Assembly (NCBI GenBank): GCA_965153455.1
Contig: OZ234493.1
Coordinates: 32,230,213 to 32,294,212 of the forward strand
DNA: 64,000 nt
Direction of reading: 5' to 3'
Source: Sphagnum compactum
Lineage: Eukaryota
The notes under the pieces were generated by a model. It was not told the origin of the DNA. It worked only from the letters and a program-made list of their open reading frames with translations, and ran no database searches. Each line of letters opens with the position of its first letter. Within the stretch, counting starts at the first letter, position 1. The position numbers were made by a program, and so were the translations under genes. Shown piece by piece: positions 24,401-38,078 of this stretch.

Positions 24401-26627
24401 GGTCTTCTACTGTGTTTGCTTTATAAATGGGTGGTTGAAAAATACTTCCCATACCTAAACAACATGCCTCTGGATGTGCTTGTTTTTTCCATAGGGTCTG
24501 ACATCATTATGCTCTCCAATATTATGTGAATCAGCATTCAGACTCGTTTCTACCTTTTTGCTGTGATATGGGCCTGAGTTAATTGATGTTTTCCATTTAT
24601 CGTCATGGGCTGCAGCAAGGATACTACGAGCAATTCGTATTGCAGCCCGCCTTGAGTTTTCTTTCACCAAAAGCACTGCACATGCCATTAGAGATCACAA
24701 GCTCTCTCTTCTTGAACTGAACAAGGTGCTCGCCTCCCTCCTACGTAAGCCTTTCTGTCATTAATAGCAGTTTCATAAAAAGGCTTAAAAAGCTGAGTTC
24801 ATAATGCTTCAACCTTTCCATATTTCATGGTAAATTAGTAGTTCTTGCAGCTATCTGGGTCTCATTTTTGGAATATTTGAGCAGAGTGTGTACACATCAG
24901 TTCCTTGTACATATGCATACAGGATACTTGAGTTTGATAAGAGGTCTGGTCATTTACAGTTCCTCATGTGCTGAATAACTTGAGGCTTTTTCTGACTCTT
25001 TACATTGACAGACAAGACTGCAGTTAGAGATGAATATGCTAATGGCATATGGTGCATCAGCACGCTCCATCCGTCTTTTATGGAGATATGGAATTCTTGA
25101 GTACTTGCTCCCTCTTCAGGTGTGTCCCTGGCCCTTTTTATCTGACATGTACTGTGTGGTGTTTGAGTTGGGTTGGCTGTTAAGCATTTTTTTGTTTGGC
25201 TATGGAACAGGCACAATATCTCATAGGCTTAAATTTCCAACGACGAGATCAAAGAACAAATCTTTTCTTGGTAAGTCATGATCTCTAGTCAATGTATTGC
25301 ACAAACTGTGAACTTTTGGTTGCAGCAAGGGAGGAAAAAGGAGTTATGTAGGTATGTTATAGGTTTAGTTAAGGAAGATGGATTTTATGGTGTCGCTGCC
25401 TTAAACAGTTGCATCTGTGGTGAGATATACAGGAACTGCTTGCTAACATGGATAGTGTGACTGGTGCGGACCGCCCATGTCATGGAGGCCTGTGGTATGC
25501 TTGTCTCAACTCATAGTTCACTTTTATACCTGCCTTATTCAGATCATTTCCATCTCAATGCCCCTCATGACTACAGAGATGTTCTTTCTCTGGTCACAAT
25601 TTATGTGGTTGCTTGAGCTTCTCAAGAATAAGCTTGGAATGTGTGCCTTCTTTCTTTGTGCATGGTGGTTGACATACTGTATGGTGAACAGGGTAGCAGT
25701 ATTGGCATTTCACCTGGCTCTAATTGAGAGACCAAGAAGGCCAGTGGTGGTGGCTGCTGTTGCATTTGCCATGTACTATGCTACAGGCTTCCGGAAAGCC
25801 TTGGTTAAGGCTTGGAAGCTACATGAAGCATCAGAGAGAACATCTATATGGGGTGAACTCGCGTATGTGTCTTTGTACTCCTGTTTCTTCCCTGACTAGC
25901 TTAATGAGTGAGTTGAGTATGATCTCTTTGCTCAGATACCTGTAAGCTGTACAGGAAGAAATGTTCAACTAATAGAACTTTCCAAACAGAAATAGGTCAT
26001 TCTTCATGTATGTTTAGTCCAATTTTCCATGTTCATCCTCTGATTTTGGTGATGGAAACAGATCTGAAACAACTGAGACACCTGAGGAGGAGACATTGGA
26101 TGACTGCCGCGAATTAGTAATTGCATCTATAGATAAAGTGAATCAGCTGTCAATTGCTTCAATCACTGGAGAGACCAGACACATCCTGACGGGTGCCAAC
26201 CCAGCTGTAGACATGGTTTCTCCTCATGCACTCTCCCCTTCTTTCTGCCTCTTGCTGGTATTGTTCATGAATTCATAAATCCTGGACATTCTTCTAGTGT
26301 CAATGATCAGGATGGATTTGTATTTTTTTTCTGGTTGGGGTCTGGAGCCTGAGACAGATGTGTTTATTGTTGAATGGTGAGCAGGTGGTGGTATCAAAGC
26401 CCCTCTTCTACAGAGCACATCGATTGTTTGATAGAGCAGTTGTACATGAATCTGATGAGGAGTCCAGTGAGGATATGCACAAGCAGAGTGGAAGGAAGGC
26501 AAGAAACTCTGATCGGGTTTCAGCTCTTACAAGTGGAGACCTAGGGGAGCTTGGTCTTGTATTTTCTCATATTGTGCTTAGTACATTGTATACACGGGCA
26601 GAGCAAACTGACTTGATATTGTCCTGA
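21431..26627 (+). CDS. Bacterial-type (PcnB-like) poly(A) polymerase, multi-exon, probably organelle-targeted
   Basis: Exons include 21431-21526, 21620-21758, 22054-22156, ~22478-22573 ([21 protein letters not shown]), ~23437-23523 ([11 protein letters not shown], the PAP signature), ~23740-23878 (KRDFTVNG), ~23989-24062, ~24328-24372 (QEDP), ~24616-24725 ([12 protein letters not shown]) and further exons to the stop at 26627. Confidence 0.9.
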
Positions 26628-28679
26628 CAAAAAAAAGATGCTTTTGCATGCACCAATGTCCTTGGCTGGGACCTCATTCTGTTCCCAGGCTTTTTGTCAA
26701 ATTGGATTTCAGTTGTCTTTGTATTCTGCTAGTACCAAATTCAGTTGCCATAAGGGAATTTCACCAGGACTGTCAGGTTGGTGCAAGATGAAGATAATAT
26801 TGTAAGTGCATGTTTGAATTTTAGTGGCAGTACGGCTGCTCTTTCAAAATGAAGAAGCAGAAGAAGCTTACTACACATTTCAAGGCATTTGTGGTGCTTG
26901 CTGTTTACCTTGAAGGTTAGTTTGATTGTTGGTACGGGGTTGTTTTCATGTGTTTGCAACAAGTGCTGGTTCTGTGATTGCCCCTACTTGGGCACCCAAA
27001 TTGGCTCTATATGCAGGGCCCATTCACTAACCCCACATGATAAGGGGATTGGTTGACCCATTTTGTGCCAGTTACAATAGTAAAATTTAGCTAGAGCTCA
27101 ATGGTAAAATGAACCCAAGAGCACATGCAGGGCAAACCATGAATCCCAACAACCACTTGGTACCTACATTTGGCTTGGCACCACATCCTTCAAAGGGTAG
27201 ATACTCATAGCACCCACATGGTATAGAAAGTGCTTATCCCATTGTTGGGGGTGCATATAAATTAAGTAACATTTAGCAATAGTGAACTGAACCTGAAACT
27301 GCGGGCATGGCAAAACCATAAGTCCCAACCACTTGGTATATTTGTGTAGGGTTTTTTTCTAAAGAATTACTTTAGTTAGGTTGTAGCTCAAAATGGTGTT
27401 AATGGTGATTGACAACGTGAGCAAGGATTCAAGTTGCATCACAAACTTGTCCTTTCCATGTATGTATGCTTTTACAACATTTTAATAATGTGTTCAAGAT
27501 TAAGTGCTAACAAAATGTAGATAATAATCATTGATATGATGTTGTGATGGTATTGTAATATATTGTGATGATTGATTAACATTTTATTAATATTTAATAT
27601 TGAACATATAGTTAAAATATTGTAAAAGTACAAATACATGGTGGGAGCAAGTATTAATGTTGGCTGAATACCACATTTTAAGATTAAGTTGAAGATACAT
27701 GGACTTAAAGACATATTTTGTAAACAAAAACTTTAACAAATAAGGTAGGGAGGTTGGTCATAATACACTTAAAAACTCATATGAACCATGTGATCGAACC
27801 AAATCTCGGTTGCTTCTAGGGTCCAAAGATGGATTGTAGAAGTGATCATTGCGCACCTCTTGCCTTTTAGACCGCTCAATTTGGTGCACATATGCAAAAG
27901 ATATGGCTTTTGGTAGCTCTTAGCCCAATTGCCCCAAAACCAAAATTTACCAATTAGCTTCTAGACCTATCTTCATGCAATGCAAACTCGATAAACACAC
28001 ATACAACATCTGACACATGTCAACAATCTATGCCATCACCAAACATTTTCATCTTCAATGATGAACATCCTTTGAAAGGATGGACACTTTTATTCAATGG
28101 TTGAGATTAACATTGAAAATAAGGCAACAAATGTTTGGTGATCGATACCTTAATCGTATGCTAAACCCTAAAACTTGATCGTTCTCCTGTGCAACGTCAT
28201 TCCAAAACCCTAAATCCTAAACCCTAATTTCCCTCAGGCCTTTCTTCTCTCCTTTCGTTCCTTCTTGTCACATGTTTCTATTCCTAATCAAGCCCGGTTC
28301 CTTTCTCTCACACTCATCTATTGCTTCTGTTGTTCTTTAAGCGGGAAGAAAATTCGATTCAACTCCTTTCTCTCCCTCTTGTTTCCTACTTCCATTGCTC
28401 TCCAAGTGGGAGGAAGATTTTAGTTCCTTTCCCTCCCTCTCATCTCCTACTTTTGTTGTTGTTCAAACGAAAGGAAGATCCTGTTCGACTCCTCTCTCTT
28501 GGTTTCCTTTGTTCCCTGGATGCATGCTCTAAGCATGTTCCTCTCCCAAGTTTTGTGAAATTCTGTTGTAACTCCAAGTTTTGTGAAGATTAGAACTAAC
28601 AACAGGTGTTTTGTTGTTGCAGGTACTGGCACGTTCTGTGGTCTTGTGTGTTAGATTAAAGCTCCTAGTGTTGTTTTTG

Positions 28680-29700
28680 GTGAATTGAACCCCCCCCCCT
28701 TCCTTCTTTGTTGTGTTGTTAATGGTCTTCTTCTTGGTGGTTTTAAGCTTACTAATGCTCCTGATGGTTTTTCTTGAACCTCCGTTGGTGCTGCTCATCT
28801 CCCTTGGTGTCACTTCTAATGAATCAAACCCCTCCCCTTCCTTCTTTGTTGTGTTGCTAATGGTCTTTTTCCTAGTGGTCTTGGCCTTCTTGGTGTTCTT
28901 CCTCGTGTTTTTGAACCTACCTTGGTGCTGCTCCTCCCCCTTGGTGTTGCTTCTGGAGAATTGAACCCCTCCCTTTTTTCTCTATTGTGTTGTTGATGGT
29001 TTTCTTATTAATGGTCTTAGCCTTCTTGGCGTTCTTCCTGGTGTTTTTGAGCTTACCTTGGTGCTGTTCTTCTCCCTTGGTGCTGCTTTTGGAAAATCGA
29101 ACTCCCCCCCCTTTCCTTCTCTATTGTGTTATTAATGGTCTTCTTCCTAATAGTCTTGGCCTTCTTAGCGTTCTTCCTCATGTTCTTGAACCTCCCTTGG
29201 TGTTGCTCTTTTCCCTTGGTGTTGCTCTTAGTGAATCGAAACCCCCCCCCCTTCCTTGTTTGTTATGTTGTTAATGGTTGTCTTCTTGGTGATCTTGGCC
29301 TTCATGGTGTTTTTCCTTATGTTCTTGAACCTCCTTTAATGTTGTTCCTTTCCCTTGGTGCCATTTTTGGTGAATCAAATCCCCCCTCCTTTTCTATTGT
29401 GTTGCTGATGGTTTTTTTCTAGTGGTCTTGAACTTGTTATTATTCTTGATGGTGTTCTTGAGCCTCCCTTGGTGCTACTCCTCTCCCTTGGTGCCACTCC
29501 TAGTGAACTGAACCCCCCCTCCTTCTATGTCATGTTGCTGATAATCTTATTGTTGGTGGCCTTGAGCCTCTTGGTGCTCTTCCTTGTGTTCTTGAGCCTC
29601 CTTTGGTGTTGTTCCTCTCCCTTGGTGCCACTTTTGGTGAATCAAACCCCCCCCCACCCCCTGCTATTGTGTTGGTGATAGTCTTCACCTAATGCTCTTG
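28680..29700. repeat. ~137-bp tandem repeat, ~7.5 copies
   Basis: Units marked by (G/A)AACCCCCCC at ~28687, 28827, 28963, 29099, 29238, 29377, 29510 and 29644. Confidence 0.88.
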
Positions 29701-30699
29701 AATTTGGAACTGTGGAGTTCTTAGTGGTGGTTGAACCACTAAACTATTATTTTTGCAATTTTTATTCAACCCTCCTACCATGGCTATGCTTATTATTGCA
29801 TTAGTTTTAAGCTTATCCCCCCATTCTCTATTATCTTGTCTTAATTCACTAAGCACCAAGCCCTACTCCTCTAGCTTACTCCTCTTAGTTGTTTGTTTCA
29901 TCAAGTTGCTGCAGAAATGTTGCAACTACCCTCCTCTTTTGCATTCGAACTCTAGCATGTTGTTAGGCCTATTTTTGAAGATTTATTATCCAACCCAAGT
30001 TCACACCTTTGTATCCAAGAGGGTGAGCTCACATTCCCTTTTTGCAATTGTGGTGAAATTTATCTCTTGGTTTTTTTATTATTGCAAATGACCAAGCTAC
30101 AATGAGGGTAGCTCATTGTTGTCTTGTAAGTTCCCCTTCAATTGCCCATTCTACTATAGTCATTAATGTTGTTGCCTTTCTAGCCTACTTGTCTTGCTTT
30201 TCCCTCCTTATTTATCTAATTAATTATATTGCCTCCCTATTCATTGCCTTTCACCACATATTGGTCAAGTACTCTTCTAAAGTCACAACATGACTTTGTG
30301 AATAATCAATTAACAATTCTCTTCCATTGGTCCTTCTTGCAAAGAGATGTGATAATGACAACAAGTTGTTACTTGCCAATGCTTCCTGAATTTTTGGGAT
30401 TCTACATTCTACTTCCACATTGGTGAAGATTGTTCCAAGGTTTCAATCAAATTTTCTATTAGAGAGACATATTTAGGGTTAGTGATTATAAAAACTATAG
30501 GCATGTCCACATAATACCTAGGTTGATATTGAACCACACTATTAAACATAGATTCATGAGTTGTAGGTTTTATATTTGAAACTATATTGATTAGCTCTTT
30601 TGTAGCATTATGTTTTGCCCATTCCATCTCCCCACCTCCTTTTGATTTGATTGATAATCATCATCTTGTTATTTTCTAGTCTAATTCACTACTATATAT

Positions 30700-31850
30700 A
30701 AGCTATTAGGCTTTGTTCTCTCATCCATTGTTTTAGGGTCCAACAGCTAAATCCCTGTACTTTTGAACCTTGGGATGATATTTTTTCTTAAAAGTGCATG
30801 GTTTAGTGTTTTGTCCACCCATCTTGCCAAAACTATCTTGTCTAGTTCAATGTAATTCTTATTAATCATTGTTGTGTCTCTTTCCTTTCTAAAAGTAGTC
30901 TTGAAAGGTTTGAAGCAAGCTATGTCCAAAGGTTGTAGTGCATGGGATGTATGTGAATGTAAAATAACCATATCTAGCCCAAATGCTTGTGTTTGTTCAA
31001 TTGCCTCAAGGGTGACATGGGATCCATGGCCATCAAATAACATATGCCTATTTGTTAAAAAGATACCACTTGGTATTGACCTCTTGAAGAAATAGAAGAA
31101 TCTTTGAAAATAAATACAATCATCATGTTTTTGATTACATAGTTATATAGGTTTCGAGTTTACAAAGTTGAATGTAGTCATTTCATATCCTTTCTCTCTA
31201 AAAATGTAAAACCTTGGCAATGTTGTCCCATCTGCATCCCTTGATAGTTAATAATCAACCATTCCCTGGACTTGGGAATGGTGTTATACACTTGTTGAAA
31301 ACCTCATCTTGCTAAAACCCTAGCTCTTGCATGTCTTCCTTCTTGTATTCTTGTTTCATCAAAGTTCTAGATATGATCTGGAATATAGTTGTGCTTGATG
31401 TACAAGAATTGTAGGTTTTGGTAGAAGGTTTGGCATGATTAGATTATCAATCCTTGAGCTTTATTAATATCCAGTCCTTTAACTTGACGAATGTTCAGCT
31501 CAGGACATTATATGTGTTTAAACTAGTACCACAGGACGTCCTTGGTATTCCTCCTTGGAAAGATGTTGGCCTTGTTTATGTCAATGCTGCCACTTTCATC
31601 TTCAATTGTTGCAGGCTTATTGACAATCCAACATCTTGCATAACCAAAACCCAAAAAACCACTACCTAATTTTCTTCTACTGTTAGTACACTTATTGGTC
31701 TTGTTTTTTTGGATATTCTTTTTCCAGAAAATTATCAGATGACAAGGTTAATGGTATGTTCTAGTGCCTACTTGCCTTCCTCAATGAAGTTGTCCTTCTT
31801 TCAACTACATCCATGGCCTCCTCCAATGCCTAGGTGCTCCATTTGCCTCT
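30700..31850 (-). pseudogene. DDE_1 (pogo/CENP-B-like) transposase remnant
   Basis: LFDGHGSHVTLEAIEQ...HTSHALQPLDIACFKPFK; upstream HTH-like ALEEAMDVVER...SLRKASRH. Stops and frameshifts. Confidence 0.88.
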
Positions 31851-34800
31851 AGTGCTGATAGGATTGGATTTATTGACTTTTCATTGTTTTGTTGTTAGTT
31901 CTTGTGATCCAAAAGGTGGTGGGATATTTTCTTTATCATGGCTGGGCTGGTCATCCAATCCAGTTCGCTTCCTATGACGCACATTCAACAACATAATGAT
32001 TTAAAACCCTCAGGCCCCAACCTCCAACAAGTTGGGGGTGTTGTGTCTGGCCCTACAAGAGGTACAAACCCGAATTTTTAGTATTTTGATTAGCTCTGAA
32101 GAAAATGTGAAAGATTAGGGTAAGTGTGAAATGCACGTGCCTTTAGTTGTTTGAAACTTGTGATCAATGCATAGAACTCTTCAAAGTGTAACCATACTAA
32201 ATCTTGATCAATTGTCTTTGTGAAGGTAGTAGGTGTGTATAACAAACTATGACTTTTTGGAGCTTGAAGAAATCTACCTCTCTTGTGGCTACCTATAATG
32301 TATAGAACTTTGTATCCAGTGGTAGTACAAACATTTATTGAATTTCTTATTGTAAAGTTCATCTATTACATCCCTTTCTAAATGCCCCTTGCATCCACCC
32401 TTGAATCTTGGTTTTTTTTTTTCTTTGACAACACTAGGATTTGATTATTGATGATCATGTTCTTGTAGCTCCTCTTTGGTTAACCTAATGTGTGCAACTT
32501 CTTGATTTAACTTTAAAGGCTCTTCTTTGGCTACTCTAAGTTGCAGAGCTTGTTGTTTTTGATCTATTAAAACTCGTGTTTTTGATTTAGAGTTCTTTAA
32601 TCCTTCTATGTTGCTTGGCTTCTGCTAATCTAGCCCATATGTTGTCAAAACTTTAATGAATGACTTGAAGTTACTTTCTCACAAATTGGAAGCTCTGACA
32701 TATTATCTAAGTTTTGCTTGTATCTCAATAAAAATGAATTGTGTATGCAAATTTGAAGCATTACCTTGTGAATTTGGTGGTTGTAGTTTTTGGCAAGACT
32801 GAGATGTGCACAAAATTGGGGGGAAATTAAAAAGCCTTTCCCAATTAATGTAAAGGATGTGAATATCCCTTGGATTCTTGTAAACCCTAATCCTTATGGT
32901 CAAGTGTGTGCTATTTAGCACGACTTGCAGACCCCATCACCAAACTTTTTTTCCTTTGTGATGTTTAGTCCAATTGCTTATCACCAAACTTTTATTTCCA
33001 CACCAAACATTAGGCCCTTGCAAAACTAGCCCAATTTTTCCCTATAACCAAACATTGAAAATATTTCATGTTTCCTTCTTTCCCTAATGAAATTTAGTTA
33101 ATCACCCATCACCAAACAGGTCCCTTGTAAATTTATTCAAATGTGGCCATCAAAATCCTTAATATCGAAAATTAAAACTTGATGGTTGGTCAACACTATG
33201 AAAATTTTTAAACGAAATTATTTTGAACCAAACGTTTGGTGATAAGCTAAAAAGTGAACGCCCATAATAACTCTTATGTTTTAACATAGGCCCATTGCTG
33301 TACTAGAGGGATGCTCAGTGATTGACCTGTGTTTGGTGATGGGCCTCTCTACCCTAAATATGCATTGAAAATTTTCAGCTATTTATTTGTCAAGGTGAAT
33401 ATGGATTCAAGTTTAGATTTGTTCTTTCTTCATCAAATACAAATTTGTGTGTTTTAAAATTCAAATTAACTACAGATACATATCAATGTTATGCATATTC
33501 AAAATCTTGACAATCACAATTTTTCTTTCACTGACATAAAAACATACATAACTTGTGAGAGTTTGAATCCCAGTTCTTCTTTCTTCAAAAAACCTTGCTC
33601 ATTATAACACAAGTTGCTTGCCTCAATCACGTCCAAAACTTCACCCCAGTTACCCACACACAAAAACCCCACCTTCATAGTAGTGTGCCATTCTTTTTCT
33701 TTTTTCTTTTCAAATTTATGAAGTAGGTCCATTGGCAAAGATCCCCAAGTAGATTTAACAATTAAATGTTAACTATTTTTTTATGGACAATATATTTTCA
33801 GAAATCCATCCTGCTACAACATAACAACCTAGGTAATACCTAGGTCTAGTTGTAATTAATTTTTTGATTTGTTTTTGGGAAATGGCACAAAAAAAAACTT
33901 GAAAACCAACTATTTTTCATGTTCTTTTTGGTTTTCTGAAAACAAATTCACCAGGTTGCAAAATTTCACCCCCAAAAAATTGGTCGCAAAGGGCTGATCA
34001 TATGGATTTACTGGCAATTTTGAAGTGCAAAAATAAAGTAGGGCCCATTTAAATTCTAAACAACCAAAACATGAACATGACTGTGTTATGTACGGTTTTT
34101 TTTTTTTCAAAAATAAATTTTACAATGATATCAAGAATTTGATTTTTTTCTCCCCAATTATTAGAAAATCACTCAAATTTACACTAGAAAAAAAAAATCC
34201 CCAAAAATCCCAATTTTATTGGTCAAAAAAGGATATATATATTGAAAAAAAACCACTGGTGTTGGGGTTGATTTCAAGGTGGAAATTGAAACATAATAAG
34301 TTTGTACTTTTCTACTCAATTTTGAAAGAAAAAAAAAATGCCCCAAAAAGATATACTGATTTTCTAAAAGAAATCCCCACCCATCAAAAAGAAAGGAAAG
34401 ACCACCATTTTCTTTCCCAATTTATTATAAATCTTCAGTTTGAAAGTCATTGAACTGTGTGTGAAAGCGACGAAAACAAAACTGGTGCTCTGCGCGTGTG
34501 AATGGGGGTAATCTTGGCCGACATCAGGGAGCACATGTGGATGATTCTGGTTGGTCACACGAAATTCCTATAATTATTAAAAATTAATCCCTCATTCCAT
34601 TAAAAAACAATTTCCTGATATTATTTTATTATTTTTTAAATTCTCAGTTTTAGAAAAATTCCTGCCGGAGGTGTTTTTTCTTTTTTTCCGAATTTTCTCT
34701 ATTCTGATTGGCTATATTTTCTGATTGGTAGGTGACTCTGTGCCAATCAGTTCAATCCAATCCACATCAGGCGCGTGGATGACTCACTTGACTACCAAGT

Positions 34801-34948
34801 GGCACCAAATGGAAATAACAACTGTCGTCGTTTTATTGGTGGGTTTCTAAAACTAATTATTTTCGCACGGGACCGTCGGGCTGCAGGTCAGGTGGTCCTG
34901 ACTCCTGACCGCCGGGTAAAGCAGCGTTCGAGAAAAGGAACGGGTCTG

Positions 34949-35448
34949 CAGTGTCTTCCTTAATTTTGCGGTGTAGCCCAAGTGGCGATCATCCGCAGGA
35001 GATTTAACCAAATTTGGCTACAAGCTAAACATGAAAGTAGAATTTTTAAAAATTCCTTTCTATATTTTTGGCTAACGTACTTGAACTATGGAGACAAATC
35101 TGGAGATTTTTCTTTAATTTTGGTCTAATTCTGGCCATTGAAAATCTCGAAAAGCACTTGATTTTAGCACTTCTAGTTTTTAATTTCTCATTTTTATGCT
35201 ATATGTAGCCAAATTTCTATATTCAAAGTAAAACGAACTAAAATCATGTGCTTTGTGAGATATTTAAAGAGCCAGAATTCAAAACAAAAAAAAAGTCGCC
35301 AGATCTCTCTGTACATAGTTCATGTTGGTAGCCAAAAATATAGAAGGATTTTTAAAAAATTTACTTTCATATTTAGCTTGTAGCCAAATCTGGGCTTAAT
35401 CTTCCTGTGGATCATCGCCACTTTGGCTATAATGCAAATTCGCCCCAA
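34949..35448. mobile_element. MITE with long (~130-bp) imperfect TIRs, CAGTG-type end
   Basis: TAGCCCAAGTGGCGATCATCC...TTTGGCTACAAGCTAAACATGAAAGTA is mirrored at ~35325-35435. Related sequence occurs at ~52135-52205. Confidence 0.8.
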
Positions 35449-35487
35449 AAAAACATTTATGGAACGGGACGACGCGCTCGCGCGCAC

Positions 35488-35488
<1 letters not shown>

Positions 35489-35521
<33 letters not shown>
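35489..35521 (+). repeat. (GA)n microsatellite upstream of the F-box gene
   Basis: Perfect GA dinucleotide run. Confidence 0.9.
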
Positions 35522-35525
<4 letters not shown>

Positions 35526-35975
35526 GAGGTTGTGCGCGCGCGTGCGGGGAAGAGACAGAGAGAGAGAGGGCGAGAGGTGTGAGAGATTGTGTCGATTTGT
35601 GTGTTGTAATGGGAAAAAATATGGAGATTTTCGGGGAGATTTTGGAGATGGAAAGTTGTGATTCTGGATTCTGTTCGGTTTTGCAGTAGGCGGAGAAGAG
35701 ATGAGGAAGAAGTGGAGGGTCGTTGGAAGAAGACAATGAGGTTGGAGAATTGCAGTGTGGTGTAGAGGAGGGTTTAACCTGGTCCTCGGAACGTACCTGG
35801 CGCCCATGGTCAACCTGGTGGCATTATCCGTGGCGTCGCTTTCTGTCGTCGTGAATGCGTCGTGGAAGCGGTGTGGAAGATCAGAGAGGTTCCACAGAAG
35901 AGCAGCAGCAGCAGCAGCAGCAGCAGAAGGCCGCGGTGAGACATACCGTCGACACACCTGGGATCGTTGCAACAG

Positions 35976-38078
35976 ATGGAGCTTCTTGACAGCGGAAGAG
36001 ATGGAGGAGTGGCGAAGAAAAATAATGATACAGGGCATATGGATGGAGAGTTGTGGGGGGAGCTTCCGGAGGATCTTCATGACATCATTCTGGCCTGGCT
36101 TCCGTTGCCAAGCTTTTTCCGTTTGCGATGTGTGTGCAAGAAGTGGAACAACATGATAGAGTCCAGCACTTTCCTATCGATCTATGCCAGGGTTCCGTCT
36201 CACGGCCCCTTCTTTCTCATGTTCGCGGATCCATTTCGACAGAAATTTGCTGTGTATGATCCCACATTCAATGCATGGCATCTACTGCCGCTCTCTTTCT
36301 GTCTCTCCGGTCCATTCTCTGATTCGTTTCTAGTGCTCGCCGCAGCAGGGGGTTTACTGTGCGTAGCAGGAACAGGATCAGGATCAAACTGCCGTTCGCT
36401 GTTTGTATCCAATCCCATGACACGATCGCAGCGGAAGCTGCCACCGATGATACACATGAACTCTCCATACGTGGTGGGAATGGTGATGAATCCTCACCAA
36501 AACTCGTATCAAATTCTTGTGGCGCAGGACGGAGACTACTTGATGTCCCAGGTCAGTCAGGCCATACTTTCCGCAGATCCCTTCTTTTCTTCCTCCTATC
36601 AGATTCTTCAGGGATTCATGACTAATACAAGTTCCCTTTTGGTTTTGGGTTTACCAGGCAAGTGAAGATGTAAGGTGCAACAGGTAATCAAGATGTGCAT
36701 GAGCATATGCATTGCCAATTTAGTTGGGTGTGTCACAATTGCAAAGTGTTCCCTCCTCTATAGATCAGAGGTTTGCTACATAGAAAAATGAATAAAATTA
36801 TTTGGTTGTTTTCCTATTCATGTGTAGTAAGTAGTAGGTACATAACTGTCAGTTGATCTGGAGGTGGCTGGTGGTGCTAGGGTTTTGATCTGATTAGGAT
36901 GAGTACATTATCATGCCCTGACTGGATCATTTTTGTTCCAGGTTTATGATTCGAAGAGCAATACATGGAAGATGACACATGGTCTTGAGAAAAGAGTAGC
37001 TCTGATAGCAGGTACTGCATACATCAATGGCTTTCTATACAGTATGACATATGGTACCACAACTGGAGTGTTGGCTTATAATGTAGAGCAAAGGCAATGG
37101 CATGAGGTGCGAGTCAAAATGCCTCTATCACTCATATGCCCACAGCTGTTGGGTCATCGAGGCCAACTCCTGATGGTAGGAGGAGTGGAAGAATTTGGGA
37201 TTCTGAAATGCGTGCATCTTTGGCGCCTCGACGTTGCTGGCAAAGAGTGGGTGGAAGTTCAACGAATGCCAGAAAGCCTTTTCAATATGCTATTCAAGTC
37301 AGCTTTTCTTCAACCTCTTAAATTGTAGAATTCTGAAATTTGAGAGAATAATCTCATGGGCGAAGAAGTTACAAGAATATTAGGTCTTTCTTTGGATATC
37401 ATGCCAGTACTCATATCCTTTTACTAGACTGTTGGCAACTTAAATTTTTTTATGATATCAACACATTTCATGGGTGGGAGGAATCAGGTAGTTTCATGTA
37501 CACCCTGAGCCATTATGATCTTAAGGCTGACTGAGGGTCATGCCAAGAACCTAAGCTTCCAACCTCTCTTCTGATTGTGGATCAACTAGCTGGAGAGGAA
37601 GCTCTACTGCTTCTGTCTGCTCCTCATAGGAGCAGCAGTATGCATAATGCTTATTTGAATGATTGATAAAGAAGAGGGGTATGGAGCTTAGATTGTTGGC
37701 ATGGCCCTGGGGTCACTCTTGAGTTCATAGGGTCAAGGAAAATTTACCCCATCAACCTGACTTTAGCGCATTTCATGTGTCAGAGCTGGTTGGTTGCATG
37801 TCCATACTAGCCCTGTAACCACTTGAGAGACTAAAAATGATGTTCGAACCTGACAGAAGCATATATGTGCATGTTTCAGGTCACAAGGTCATCATTTCTT
37901 GTGCATCTCGCATGAGGACTACATCTGCTTTACAGGCTACTACTCACAGGAGATGCTGATGTATGACATCCACAGAAATTCCTGGTGGTGGATACCAGCA
38001 TGCATTCTCAGTGAATATATGGAAGCTCAAAGTGCGTTGGGCTTATCATTTGAACCTCGACTGGATGCAGCAGTTTAG
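35976..38078 (+). CDS. F-box/kelch-repeat protein (UFO/HWS/LCR-like clade), 3 exons: 35976-36551, 36942-37297, 37880-38078; ~376 aa
   Basis: F-box LWGELPEDLHDIILAWLPLPSFFRLRCVCKKWN; AAAGGLLC, NPMTRS, VYDSKSNTW; C-terminal FEPRLDAAV. GT-AG introns are phase-consistent. Confidence 0.92.

Larger units (their letters stand above)
28021..33352 (-). mobile_element. Degenerate pogo/Tc5-like (DDE_1) DNA transposon
   Basis: DDE_1 remnant inside. Degenerate inverted ends around CCATCACCAAACA (28033) and TGTTTGGTGATGG (33330), with further ATCACCAAAC subterminal copies. Boundaries are approximate. Confidence 0.55.

Noticed and set aside
28713..29678. Hydrophobic membrane-protein ORFs
   Set aside because: They are by-products of the T/C-rich 137-bp tandem repeat, and the frame changes between units.
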